Source: Verrucomicrobiota bacterium (GTDB taxonomy: Bacteria > Verrucomicrobiota > Verrucomicrobiia > Opitutales > Oceanipulchritudinaceae). From it: 64,000 nt of DNA. The translations under genes and the position numbers were made by a program. The notes beneath the pieces were generated by a model. The model made no database searches. It was not told the origin of the DNA and was given only the letters and a program-made list of their open reading frames with translations. The DNA is taken from NCBI GenBank assembly GCA_021208135.1, contig JAJOKB010000081.1, forward strand, positions 488 to 64,487, read 5' to 3'. How positions within the stretch are numbered: the first letter of the stretch is position 1; each line of letters begins with the position of its first letter. Positions 31,163 through 41,286 of this stretch are shown here, piece by piece.

Positions 31163-31936
31163 TTATCGGCTTAACCAGCCACCGTCGACAACGATTTCAG
31201 AGCCGGTTATGTATTCAGCAGCAGGGGAGGCCAAAAAGACTGCTGCACCCATTAGATCTTCCGGTTGGCCCCAACGACCGGCTGGAATACGCTCTATAAT
31301 TGAACGGTTGCGTACCACGTCTTGACGTAATGGCAAAGTATTGTCAGTTGCGATATACCCTGGAACAATCCCATTCACTGTTATGGCATGAGCGGCCAGC
31401 TCGTTTGCCATTGCTCTGGTCAGACCTTGCAATCCGCTTTTTGCCGCTGTGTATGCTGCAACTCGAATTCCGCCCTGATGGGAAAGCAGGGAGTGGATAT
31501 TGATGATACGTCCAGGCTGTTGACGTTTCACCAACTCGGCGGCACATTTGCGCGAGAGGTCGAACACTGCGGTTAGGTTGATCTCCAGCACTTCACTCCA
31601 ATCGGAGGCCGGGAAATTAATAAAATCAGCCCGTCGGATAATGCCGGCATTGTTACACAGTATGTGCGGAATGGTATCTGCGTTTAACAGGTTATGCCAC
31701 AGTTGTTGGCGGTCTTCGCGGTCTGCCAGGTCGCAGTGAACAGCGAGGTGATTGCCAGCGGGATTCAGTTTTTGCAGTTCGCCAATCAGCGATTCCAGAT
31801 TGCCCCTGGCGACGGCGATCACCGAAGCGCCAGCGGCAGCAAAGCCATGGGCGAGCGCACGACCAATGCCGCGCGAGGCACCCGTGACCAGCGCACGCTT
31901 ACCCATGAGTGAAAAATCTGCTCCCGCTGTTGGCAT
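31163..31936 (-). CDS. kduD: 2-dehydro-3-deoxy-D-gluconate 5-dehydrogenase (SDR family)
   Basis: The protein aligns end to end with E. coli KduD as I remember it: GKRALVTGASRGIG, NNAGIIRR, YTAAKSG, IPAGRWGQPEDLMGAAVFLAS, VDGGWLSR. Confidence 0.85.
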   Translation of the reverse strand: MPTAGADFSLMGKRALVTGASRGIGRALAHGFAAAGASVIAVARGNLESLIGELQKLNPAGNHLAVHCDLADREDRQQLWHNLLNADTIPHILCNNAGIIRRADFINFPASDWSEVLEINLTAVFDLSRKCAAELVKRQQPGRIINIHSLLSHQGGIRVAAYTAAKSGLQGLTRAMANELAAHAITVNGIVPGYIATDNTLPLRQDVVRNRSIIERIPAGRWGQPEDLMGAAVFLASPAAEYITGSEIVVDGGWLSR

Positions 31937-31940
31937 GTGC

Positions 31941-32774
31941 TTATTTGAGTGAATTATTGAGCACCGGATCCATGTCATCAAAGGACTGGTTTTCTCCGCC
32001 CATAGCCCATACAAAGCCGTAATTTGCCGTACCTACACCGGAATGGATCGACCAACTGGGCGATAATACGGCTTGTTGTTCGCGCACTATCAAATGGCGT
32101 GTTTCGTTGGGTTCTCCCATGAGATGGATGACCATCTCGTTTTCTGGCAGGGAGAAATAAAAGTACACCTCAGATCTGCGTGCGTGGGTATGCGTGGGCA
32201 TAGTGTTCCATACACTTCCGGGCTTCAAAAATGTCATCCCCATGACCAATTGGCATGTTTGCACGGTTGCCGGAGTGATGGCCGCGTGAATGCTGCGGTG
32301 ATTGCTGTTTTCACTGGCTCCCATTACCTTGCCGTTACAGGAGTCACCGCGAATCAGTTTTGTCGGATAGGCATGATGGGCAGGGTAACTGACAAAATAG
32401 AAACGGGCATGCTGTCCCTTTTTACGGATCGAGGAAAAGGTAACGTGTTGCGAACCTTTGCCCACATACAGGAAATCATGTGTTTGCAGATCAAATTGAG
32501 TTCCGTCCACGGTCACTTGGCCCGGTGCACCCAGATTCACAATGCCAATTTCGCGGCGCTCACAGAAACAGCTGGAACGCAAAGCTGATTGATTATCCAA
32601 ATCAATCGAGCGTCCATTGGGTATAGCCATGCCTACTATGGTGCGATCTGTTTCCCAATAGCACAATTTCAGGCCACCTTCATTCACCAGATCCTCGATC
32701 AGGAACTGGTTGCGCAGCTTCTGGGTGTCCAGTGATGCTACTTCTCCAACCCCTGTCGCCGGGATGTGGCGCAT
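31941..32774 (-). CDS. kduI: 5-dehydro-4-deoxy-D-glucuronate isomerase (4-deoxy-L-threo-5-hexosulose-uronate ketol-isomerase)
   Basis: The protein is strongly collinear with E. coli KduI: LDTQKLRNQFLIE, WNTMPTHTHARRSEVYFYF, ETRHLIV, AVLSPSWSIHSGVGT, GENQSFDDMD. I chose the start at MRHIP (32774); ATG 32834 is an alternative. Confidence 0.88.
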   Translation of the reverse strand: MRHIPATGVGEVASLDTQKLRNQFLIEDLVNEGGLKLCYWETDRTIVGMAIPNGRSIDLDNQSALRSSCFCERREIGIVNLGAPGQVTVDGTQFDLQTHDFLYVGKGSQHVTFSSIRKKGQHARFYFVSYPAHHAYPTKLIRGDSCNGKVMGASENSNHRSIHAAITPATVQTCQLVMGMTFLKPGSVWNTMPTHTHARRSEVYFYFSLPENEMVIHLMGEPNETRHLIVREQQAVLSPSWSIHSGVGTANYGFVWAMGGENQSFDDMDPVLNNSLK

Positions 32775-32845
32775 ACAATCCGCTACCTCTCCTTTGACCG
32801 GAGGTTTGGTTTTTCGCTTAGTAGGTACCTTCATAAAATTCAGTT

Positions 32846-35743
32846 TTAAAATGTTCCTTTGACGCCGACGGTCCACAGTGCACCGAAGCGCTCGCGCCGC
32901 TCCAGTTTGGCGTAGTCCGGAGTGTCCACTCCGTACCGCAGTTGATCGGTAGGTTCATCGAAAATATTGCGACCGTTCAGGAATACCCGCAGGTATCGTG
33001 CAAAGCGGTATTCGATATTCAGGTCAGTCGTCAGGCGGCGGTCATAATAGCGGTTCCAGAAGGACGGATTGGCTGCTGAATTGCCGACATACACCCCACG
33101 GATGTCTCCAGTGTCACGCATTTGCTTGCCGCGTAAATTCCACTTCAGACGAATATCCCAGCGACCTTTATCATAGGTGATACCCCAATTGGCGGTTTGT
33201 TTAATAAAGCCAGGAACATAGGATGCATCCACCAGCTGATTTTGGCTGGCACCATAATCGCCACGTGTGGTCAGGATGGTCGTATTGGCGAAAACAGAAA
33301 ATCCGTCCAGCAACTCAACCCAGGGGCCAAGATCTTGCACGAATGCGAACTCCAGACCTTTAATGGTGACATCACCCGCGTTGACGGGGCGGCGCATCAA
33401 CCAGCCTTGTTGCACAAAAATAGCATCAATTCCCAATTGATCAGCCAAATCCTGCGTTAGCAAAACCGTCTCATTATCGATGAAACCTTTGATCTGTTTG
33501 TAGAACGCCCCAACCGAAATAAGTCCCCCGGTGTCAAAATAGTACTCTAGAGAAATGTCAAAATTGTCGCCGCTGTATGCCGTCAAATTGGGATTAAAGG
33601 CCTCAATCACAAAGCGCTCTTCACCGGTTTCATCCTCTTCGCGACTGTTGGTGAAACGTATGCCTGGGGCAAGGTCACTGATGTCAGGACGCCCCAATGT
33701 TCTGGCGTAGGCCAAACGGGCTTGCAACCGCTCGTTCACTTCATAGGTGAAATGTAAACTAGGATAAAAATCATCGTAGCTGCTTTTCGATGTTTGGCGC
33801 TGGGCATACTGTGCCCTGATTCTTCTGGCAAGATTGGCCGGTGTGTCTGGTCCGGCAAACTCCGGCTTCAGTACCCGATTCTGTGGATTGTCTCCCAAAA
33901 ACGGATTGATCAGGCGGAAACTGCCGTCGGGATTGCGCTCGTAAATAACCGTGTCATCGCGGGCATAACCTTCACCGCTGTTTGAGGTGCGCTCATAGCG
34001 CACGCCACCCAATATGCGCAACCTGCCATTCATCAGCGCGATCCGCCCCATCAGGTAAGCCGCTGTCACTTCCTCTTCAACTTGTTGGCGATTCTCTTCG
34101 TTGTAGATAACATTGGCGACTTCATCGAAGAAAAAGTGGTCAGGATTGGCTTGGAAATATTGGAATACTTTGCGCGAATCCGGCCACTCCGGTGCCGGCC
34201 AACCCCACCCAAGGCGTTGTCCAACGTAATTCTCATCCCGGAAGAAAGAACTGCCCGGTCCAACTTGATTGAAGATCGGTTGAGTGCGCGGATAGTTGAA
34301 TTCGCGCCGCTCGATCTCACGCTTTTGCTGACGGTATAGCATGCCTGTTTGCAGGGTGAGGCGGTTGCCGCTTACGTCCATGTGCCGGGTCAAATCAAAT
34401 TTGCCGCCATAAATGGTATCGCTGGCATCTTCAGGACGCGACCGCAGGGACTCCAGTACCGTGTCATCGGTCAACGGAAAGGGATCGATCTCCGCACCCG
34501 CTCTGCGGGTAGTCACCGACGCGGGGCCATTGTTGCCAATATCATTGAAATGAATGGCAAGGTTGGCCGGAGTACGGAAAATAACGCGCTCAAAATAACC
34601 ATTGTCAGTATCGCGATACTGATTTTCCGACTTTGAATAATAGCCGTCGTATGTCAGTTCCCACTGATCAAAATAGTGCTTCATTCCCATATCAACGTGG
34701 TTGGTCTGCCCCGACTTTTCCCGCGCCGTCACTTGATGACGAAAACGACCGTTGGGATTGATGTTTGGGTTGGGATTGGTGAAGGTGGGTCCGTAATTGC
34801 CAGCACTGGTACTGGTCTCCCAACGCACTTCCCGATTGAAAAAGGTAGTCGAGTACTCATTGCGCTGATACCCAAACGAGAAAATACTACCAGGACGAAT
34901 CCTCCAGTCCGCTTTGATTCCCAAACTTTCACGCTCCGAGATTTTGGGTCCATCCCGCAGGTTAAAATACCGCAGATAAGGATCGCTCTGCCCTATGGCT
35001 GCATTCACCGAATCCCACTGCGTGATGAAGTATTGCTGCGGCGTAAATGTTTCCGCATTCATGTAATTGATCACAATGCCAAAATCGTCCGTCAGCGGAT
35101 CCGAATAGGTGAAGTCAAAGCCGGGACGGATCTTGCGCGTCGCACCGGCATCAGGACCAGGGGTCCGACTCCAGCGAATATAATCTCCCGGCACATTCAT
35201 AAATACACGGTAGTCAAACTTCCGTTGCGCCAACTCAAATGCGTTGCGACTGACCATGTTTACGGCACCACCCAATGAGTCCGCCTCCATCGCAGGTGTC
35301 GGCACTTTGACCACTTCAATGCGCGCCACATTATTCAACGACACTTGCTCAAATTCAAATGTCCTGCTCGAACTCGACGAGGCCGCACTTGCCATGCGGT
35401 TACCGTCCATAGTCACCGCCGTGAAATTAGACGCCAGTCCGCGCACCGAAACCGAGCGCACGTCTGCAGATACGAAATCAACACTGATGCCAGGCAGGAA
35501 TTTCAGGAATTCGCCGACATTACCCTCCGTTATGTCACCAAAGGCTCCAGCATCCACCACGTTTTTGATGTTCTCCGCCTGCCTCTGGTTCGTTATCGCC
35601 GCACGTATCGCATCAAATTCAGCTCCACGTACTACAAATTCCTCCATCTCGTACACTGGACTTTCCTCCTGCGCGGACGCGACCACACATAGACTCACGG
35701 TCGCAATTGCAACCGGCCAAGTGACTCTTCTTACTCGTTTCAT
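32846..35743 (-). CDS. TonB-dependent outer-membrane receptor (first gene of the pectin operon)
   Basis: The protein has a signal peptide, a plug region (FVVRGAE...IKNVVDAGAFGDITEGNVGEFLKFLPGISV...VRGL) and a long beta-barrel ending in the terminal aromatic ...VGVKGTF. Confidence 0.9.
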   Translation of the reverse strand: MKRVRRVTWPVAIATVSLCVVASAQEESPVYEMEEFVVRGAEFDAIRAAITNQRQAENIKNVVDAGAFGDITEGNVGEFLKFLPGISVDFVSADVRSVSVRGLASNFTAVTMDGNRMASAASSSSSRTFEFEQVSLNNVARIEVVKVPTPAMEADSLGGAVNMVSRNAFELAQRKFDYRVFMNVPGDYIRWSRTPGPDAGATRKIRPGFDFTYSDPLTDDFGIVINYMNAETFTPQQYFITQWDSVNAAIGQSDPYLRYFNLRDGPKISERESLGIKADWRIRPGSIFSFGYQRNEYSTTFFNREVRWETSTSAGNYGPTFTNPNPNINPNGRFRHQVTAREKSGQTNHVDMGMKHYFDQWELTYDGYYSKSENQYRDTDNGYFERVIFRTPANLAIHFNDIGNNGPASVTTRRAGAEIDPFPLTDDTVLESLRSRPEDASDTIYGGKFDLTRHMDVSGNRLTLQTGMLYRQQKREIERREFNYPRTQPIFNQVGPGSSFFRDENYVGQRLGWGWPAPEWPDSRKVFQYFQANPDHFFFDEVANVIYNEENRQQVEEEVTAAYLMGRIALMNGRLRILGGVRYERTSNSGEGYARDDTVIYERNPDGSFRLINPFLGDNPQNRVLKPEFAGPDTPANLARRIRAQYAQRQTSKSSYDDFYPSLHFTYEVNERLQARLAYARTLGRPDISDLAPGIRFTNSREEDETGEERFVIEAFNPNLTAYSGDNFDISLEYYFDTGGLISVGAFYKQIKGFIDNETVLLTQDLADQLGIDAIFVQQGWLMRRPVNAGDVTIKGLEFAFVQDLGPWVELLDGFSVFANTTILTTRGDYGASQNQLVDASYVPGFIKQTANWGITYDKGRWDIRLKWNLRGKQMRDTGDIRGVYVGNSAANPSFWNRYYDRRLTTDLNIEYRFARYLRVFLNGRNIFDEPTDQLRYGVDTPDYAKLERRERFGALWTVGVKGTF

Positions 35744-35770
35744 GGGTTCCTCCGGGGTATTGGGGTTGTG

Positions 35771-35800
35771 AAATTCAAATATGAATAATAAATTCAAATA
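35771..35800. promoter_or_regulatory. Direct repeat of the 11-mer AAATTCAAATA (35771-35781 and 35790-35800) in the divergent TBDR / IclR-regulator intergenic region; candidate operator
   Basis: Two exact copies lie 19 nt apart (start to start) in the 139 nt divergent promoter region. The reverse complement recurs upstream of the PL9 gene. Confidence 0.3.
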
Positions 35801-35882
35801 CGACTGTATTGTTACGATTGTGTGTGTCAAGCGTAGAAAAAAGATTGCGCATAATTAAGATGGGGTGCATTGCGATGAGAGT

Positions 35883-36649
35883 ATGAGTGGAGATTACCGG
35901 ATACCAAACTTGGCGAAAGCGTGTGCGGCGTTGAAATGGATTCAGCGTGAACCTGAGCGTGGGGTCACAGTAAAAATGGTATCCAAGGCGGTGGGCATAC
36001 CGTACACCACCTGTTTCCGAATTTTGCAGACACTGGCTGCTGAGAATTTTCTGAGGCGCGATGGCGACAACTATTTTTTGGGAACAGGATTGATCCCGTT
36101 GGGGTTGGGTGCGCGCAAGAACATGGGTATTCGCACTGTGGCGTTGCCACACCTGCAGGAATTGTCTGCGGCGACAGGGGAGACAGTGCAGTTGGCGATT
36201 CCCACTGAAAATCGCTCCATGATTCTGGAGGTTGTTTACGGCAGTCATCCTCTCAGTGCTACCACTCCCGTCCGGGGACTTTGGTTGAGTTGTATTGTTC
36301 GGCCACGGGCAAGGTGTTTTTGACCTGGGCATTGCGCGATCGTATGGAAGATATCCTTGCAGCCGAAAAGCCACTGCAACGCACGCCCAAGACCCTCACC
36401 ACTGCGGCTGAATTGGGTCGCGACTGTGAGATCATCCGTGATCGCGGATATGCCATCGACGAAGAAGAGTACTTTCTTGGGGTACGTTGTCTGGCAGCAC
36501 CGGTATTTGATGCTGAAGGTCGGTTGCAGGCCGCTGTGGGCATAACCGCTTCCGTCATTACCCTGCCTTTGGATAAGGTGGATGAGTTTGCCGCACGTTT
36601 GCTGGCCACGACCAGAAGAATATCCATGGAGTTCACTGGCGGTCGTTAA
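35883..36649 (+). CDS. IclR-family transcriptional regulator (KdgR-like), with an apparent 1-nt deletion in the G run at 36274-36277
   Basis: The N-terminal wHTH reads LAKACAALKWIQREPERGVTVKMVSKAVGIPYTTCFRILQTL. After the shift the effector domain reads (G)TLVELYCSATGKVFLTWA...RDRGYAIDEEEYFLGVRCLAAPVFD. It is divergent from the pectin operon. Confidence 0.8.
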
Positions 36650-36738
36650 CGGTGGATATTTCGCTCTATTGAGCAACTAAGGGCGCGGACTTTGCAGCCC
36701 GCGCCCTCCTTCGATGCTAACCCCCTACTGAAAAATTG

Positions 36739-37667
36739 TTAGCTTGTGCGCGTGCGGCGACGGAGGATAGCGAAGCCCAGAATCAACAGCCCCGCCAAGG
36801 CAGCATAGGTCGATGGTTCGGGTATGGGTGCCACTGACAGTCCGGTCAGGGTAATGTCAGAGAACTGGTTCATTCCACCGCCCAGGCGAATCGCAATCGA
36901 ATTGAAATCGAGCACAGGGGAAGCGCTGTCGGTTACCGTATAGGTCAATCCCACGAGGTTGCCTCCGGTCAATGATGTGGTGATGGACAGTGTGCCCGCA
37001 CTTTCTACGAAAGATACGCTGAGTAGGAATCTGTGTTGGCGTCCAGATAACCTGTTGCACCACTGGAACCGCTGCCGCCAATAGCAGATCCCCAGACGCC
37101 TGCCGATCCGAGCAAATCATTGCTGTTGGTATCGGTGCGCTTAAAGGTGTTCAGAACCAGGTTGTTGGTGTTGCCTCCGCCCACGAATGAGCCGGACGAA
37201 AACAGCGCATAACCGCGGTCGCCAACATAGGAAGCATCAGTGGAGCCAAATCCATCGGTTGTTCTAAAGCCGTTGGGACTGGAATCCAGGATGGCAATAC
37301 GCAGGTTATTCGGGGTTCCCCCAAATGCGCCTGTGCGGAAGCTCAGGTTTAAGGTTATTCCCTCGCTGCCAACGGATACTGTTGGAAAATAGCCAATCGC
37401 CATGCGATTTGAGGTATTGTTCATGTTCCAGTTCAGTCCGCTGCCAGTGGCCACCATCTGACTGGTGCCATTCACCACCCACTGGGTGTTGGTTGATGTC
37501 GGTGTCGAAATGACCGGGGATGATGCTGTGGTCGACGAACCATCTGTACCGCCTATACGGTCCAGATTCGTAAAGGTGTCATTCACATAGGCAGAGGCAC
37601 CCGCAGGCAACAATACCAAACCAAGTGCACACGATTGAGCGACGAGTTTTACGCGAGATGAGATCAT
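36739..37667 (-). CDS. PEP-CTERM-anchored secreted protein, a stand-alone copy of the domain found at the N-termini of the PL1 and PL9 lyases; apparent frame break near 37003-37012
   Basis: The protein has a signal peptide. ORFs 37005-37667 and 36739-36972 join as ...DSYSAYLSFVESAGTLSITTSLTGGNLVGL... The C-terminus PIPEPSTYAALAGLLILGFAILRRRTRTS is a PEP-CTERM sorting signal. Confidence 0.75.
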
Positions 37668-37870
37668 AGAGCTGAGTTGATTGTGAGGTTATTGGAGTAG
37701 TTCACACTGGAATAATCCATATATGAATTTATGAGCCAAATGTGAATTAATATTTGCCCCATGTCAACACATTATTTTGCACAATTTGTGGATGGGGCTT
37801 TTGCAGAACAAGGTCGGCTTGTTTCGACCGGCGCAAAGAGATGCCGGAATTTAGTTTTGACAATCATGCA

Positions 37871-37904
37871 TATTTGAATTCATATGCGGATTAAGAATTC
37901 AAAA
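37871..37904. promoter_or_regulatory. Inverted pair TATTTGAATT (37871-37880) / AATTCAAAA (37896-37904) upstream of the PL9 gene; candidate operator related to the 35771-35800 repeats
   Basis: TATTTGAATT is the exact reverse complement of AATTCAAATA. A second, near-identical arm lies 15 nt downstream in the opposite orientation, 30 nt before ATG 37934. Confidence 0.3.
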
Positions 37905-37933
37905 CCCCGAAAATCTTTAACTACTCAAGAATT

Positions 37934-40289
37934 ATGATGCGAAATACAGCGAAAGTGGCTGTGCTGGCGTGTGTTTGCACGTTGGTTGTGCCGGAGTTAT
38001 CAGCAAATCAGGTGTTACTGGACGATGATTTCTCGTCTGGTAGTCGTGTGGTCCAGTCTTTGCCTGAGCGTTCTGCGTGGTTTGGGTCCAGTACCGACCG
38101 ACTGTTTGTGAACGAGACCGGTTTGGTCGGTCAACTGGATGGAAGTTCGCGTATGTGGCTGACCTATTTTAGCAATAATACGCCGGTGGAAATAGGAGAG
38201 GGAGGCCGGTTGGTGGTTGATCTGGAGTTCTCCGTAACTGGCGTGAGTGAGACAAATACAAATCGTGGCATGCGCATAGGTCTTTTTTAATTATGCGGCT
38301 GCTGACCGGGTAACGGAAGACGGGTTTTCCAGTGCGGGTGGCAATGGCACCTTGGTAACTGGGTACCTGGTCAACATGAATTTTGCGCGCACCTGGGGAT
38401 TGGATGCTCCGATCGAGCTGCGTCGTCGCGAGCAAGTGAATGACGGAAATCTAATGGGTGCGCTGGCTGTGTTTGGCAGTCCGTTGGGTGTGAGTGGAGC
38501 GCGTACTGGTGAGGCTGGCATTACGGCAAATGTTAAGCATCGATTGCGCTTTGAAGTGGAGCGCACAGGAGCGAATGTGGCCATTACCGTGAAATTGTTC
38601 ACTGGATCCACGCTGCTCGACCAGGTGAGTGTGATTGATGAAGCAGGGGTTACATCCTTTGATGCAATAGCCCTGCGGCCTGCTGGCCCGCTACAGTCTG
38701 CGGAAGAGTTCACTTTCAGCAGGATATATGTGGAATTGGAAGGTGAAATTGCCGAACCGCCTCCGCCACGGGAAAGTCCTTGGGCGGCCATTGCGCCCCT
38801 GGATGCCAATGGCAACAAACCCGGATTGGGCGGAGTCATCAACGATGTTCATTTTCCGTGGGTGTATCATTACGGACTGCCGGGATGGAAGTATATATAT
38901 CCTGAAGCAGAGTTAGGCAGTATGTTTGGTTACGCCTATGTTTTTGGTGGGTACCAATTCTGGACAGCCGACAATGCGCAAGGTTGGCACAGGATAATCG
39001 ACATTGATCAATGGGCCCGCTTTGACCAACTGCCGATACTGGACCTGTTTGACCGATTCCGGCCTCAACCGACACCTGCGGATGTTATTCCTCAGGGCGA
39101 ACGCACGCTGTACGTTGCTTTGTCAGGATCGGATTCTGCGGGTGGCAGTATCAACGCCCCCCTGCGCACGCTGGGGAGGGCTGTGGCCATCTCACAGCCG
39201 GGAGATGTGATCGTGATGCGAGGCGGCGTTTACCAACATAGCAGCACGATTAGTATAGGAACCAGTCGCAGCGGTACCAGTTCACGTCCGATTACTGTGA
39301 TTAATTACCCCGGAGAGTCGGTGATCCTTGATTTCTCCCAGCAAAACAGAGGAAGTGGCAACATCGGGGTGCGTTTGGATGCCTCGAATTGGCGGTTGAT
39401 CGGATTGACTATACGCAACGCCGGTCACAATGGATTGCGCGTCGATGGCAGCAACAATCGCCTGGAACGATTGGTGACTCACAACAATCACGACACAGGC
39501 CTGCATTTGGCAGGAAACGCTTCCCACAATCTGATTCTAAATTGCGACAGTTACCATAATTTTAATACCACGGGGCGTGTGGGCAACAATGCGGATGGGT
39601 TTGGAGCCAAGTTTACCAGTCTCGGGCCAGGCAACTGGTTTTACGGTTGCCGCTCCTGGGAGAATTCTGATGACGGGTTTGATTTCTGGGAAGCTCCAAA
39701 CCCTGTCAGAGTCGAAAATTGTTGGGCCTTCGGTAATGGTGATCCATCGGTTTTCGGATTTCCGGCCAATTTTGAAGGAGCGGGCAATGGCTTCAAATTG
39801 GGCGGCAATTTTGTCGCCGGGAACCACATTGTCATCCGGTCTCTGGCTTTTGACAATCTGGGAACAACCAGGAATGCCAAGGGTTTCGATCACAACAACA
39901 ACACCGGTGCCCTAACGTTTATCCACAACACTGCATTCAACAACGGACGTAATTTTGTCATTCCCAATGTTCCTGTAGGCGGTGGTCAGCATGTGTTCTA
40001 CAACAATCTAAGTGCGCCTTTCATAACACTGGTCCAAATCGCTCCAGGCAGCCTGCAGCAAGGCAATAGCTGGCAGCGTGGTGTGGTTACCGACGCTATG
40101 TTCCGCAGTTTGAATACAGCCTTGGCCAAGAGTCCCAGGCAACCTGATGGTTCATTGCCGGTCATTGATCTGCTAAGACCGTTAGCAGGGAGTTTTCTTA
40201 TCGATGGCGGTGTGGATCTTGGACCCCAGTTTCCATTTTTCGGAGCCGCTCCTGATATCGGCGCTTACGAGTTGATGCCAAATCCATAA
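37934..40289 (+). CDS. Pectate lyase-like right-handed beta-helix protein (PL9-like) with the same unnamed N-terminal domain and Trp/Tyr-rich module as the PL1 lyase; apparent 1-nt insertion in the T6 run at 38283-38288
   Basis: ORF 37934-38290 continues in the next frame as ...MRIGLF-NYAAADRVTEDGFSS...TGYLVNMNF (ORF 38352-40289). The catalytic part shows APLRTLGRAV..PGDVIVMRGGVY, NNADGFGAK, NSDDGFDFW and AGNGFKLGGN, which are beta-helix lyase motifs of the PL9 type. Confidence 0.8.
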
Positions 40290-40470
40290 TGGCGATTCCA
40301 ACTCATTCATTGCGCTAATTACAACCGCAAGCCAGAGGCGCATTTTGAACGCAGCGCCGACAAAATCGCTCTTTTAACTTGCGATTTCCGTTTATGGTGC
40401 CTTGTTTTGGCACAATCATGGCTGCATTCAAGCAGACTAATTTCTGATCAACGACAGTTTAATTTACCAT

Positions 40471-41252
40471 ATGATTATCAGACAATCCCTGTTGGGTGGA
40501 CTGGCACTAATAGGTGCTGCCTTAACTGCCACATTTGTTGAATCTACCGCCCGTACGCCGATTGATCCCACTTTGGAAGTCATCCAGCAATGGGTGGAGA
40601 CCGAGCGCATGATCGCCCGTGACGCCGCTGCCTGGGAAACAGATCGTGCTGCCAATGAGCACCTCATCACCGTCTTCAGGCAAGAGCTTGAAATGCTGAA
40701 TGAGCGTATCGCTGCCGCCGAGGCAGATACCAGTGCTGCCGAAGCGGCCCGTGCTCAACTAGACTCCCGCGACGCCGTCCTGCGCGAATTGGAAGCAGCA
40801 GTGGTGCAGCAAATCATTGCTGCCGAAAACTGAACTGCTGAAGCTCATACCGCGGCTGCCGCCTCCGCTGCGTGCTGAGGATGCGACCCTTGATCAATGC
40901 TTTACCTGAGAATCCGGCCAGTTCCACTGTGCCACTTGCTCAACGTATCCAGCCCATTGTGGCAAGCCTGACCCAGATTCAGCGTTTCAATAGTGCCGTT
41001 ACGATTGTGGAGGAGTTTCGTGAATTTGAAGTGGGTACTCCAGTGCAGATTGAGGGCATTTATTTTGGCTTGGCTGCGGCTTATTACGTCGACCGGGCCA
41101 ATGCACATGCCGGCAAGGCAGTCATCGGACCCAACGGTTGGGAATGGCGGGACGACCCCAGCATGGCGCAGGCTGTCCGTTCATTCATCGATATTCACCG
41201 CGCAACCCGCCAAGCAGAGTATGTGTTCCTGCCGGCGACCATTCAGGACTAA
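40471..41252 (+). CDS. DUF3450-family periplasmic protein (TtpB-like component of TonB2-type systems); two apparent frame breaks (~40826-40832 and ~40870-40880)
   Basis: The protein has a signal peptide and a coiled-coil N-terminal half. The C-terminal half reads IQPIVASLTQIQRFNSAVTIVEEF...IYFGLAAAYYVD...GWEWRDDPS. It sits first in the ExbB/ExbD/TonB cluster. Confidence 0.65.
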
Positions 41253-41286
41253 TTCCTGACCGCGAAATCCTCAAAATTTTCATCCT

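Noticed and set aside
37875-37882. Perfect palindrome TGAATTCA (EcoRI-centred) as a possible IS end or restriction-modification target hotspot.
   Set aside because: It is only 8 bp and has no flanking inverted-repeat partner or transposase. It is better explained as part of the AATTCAAATA-type operator candidate.
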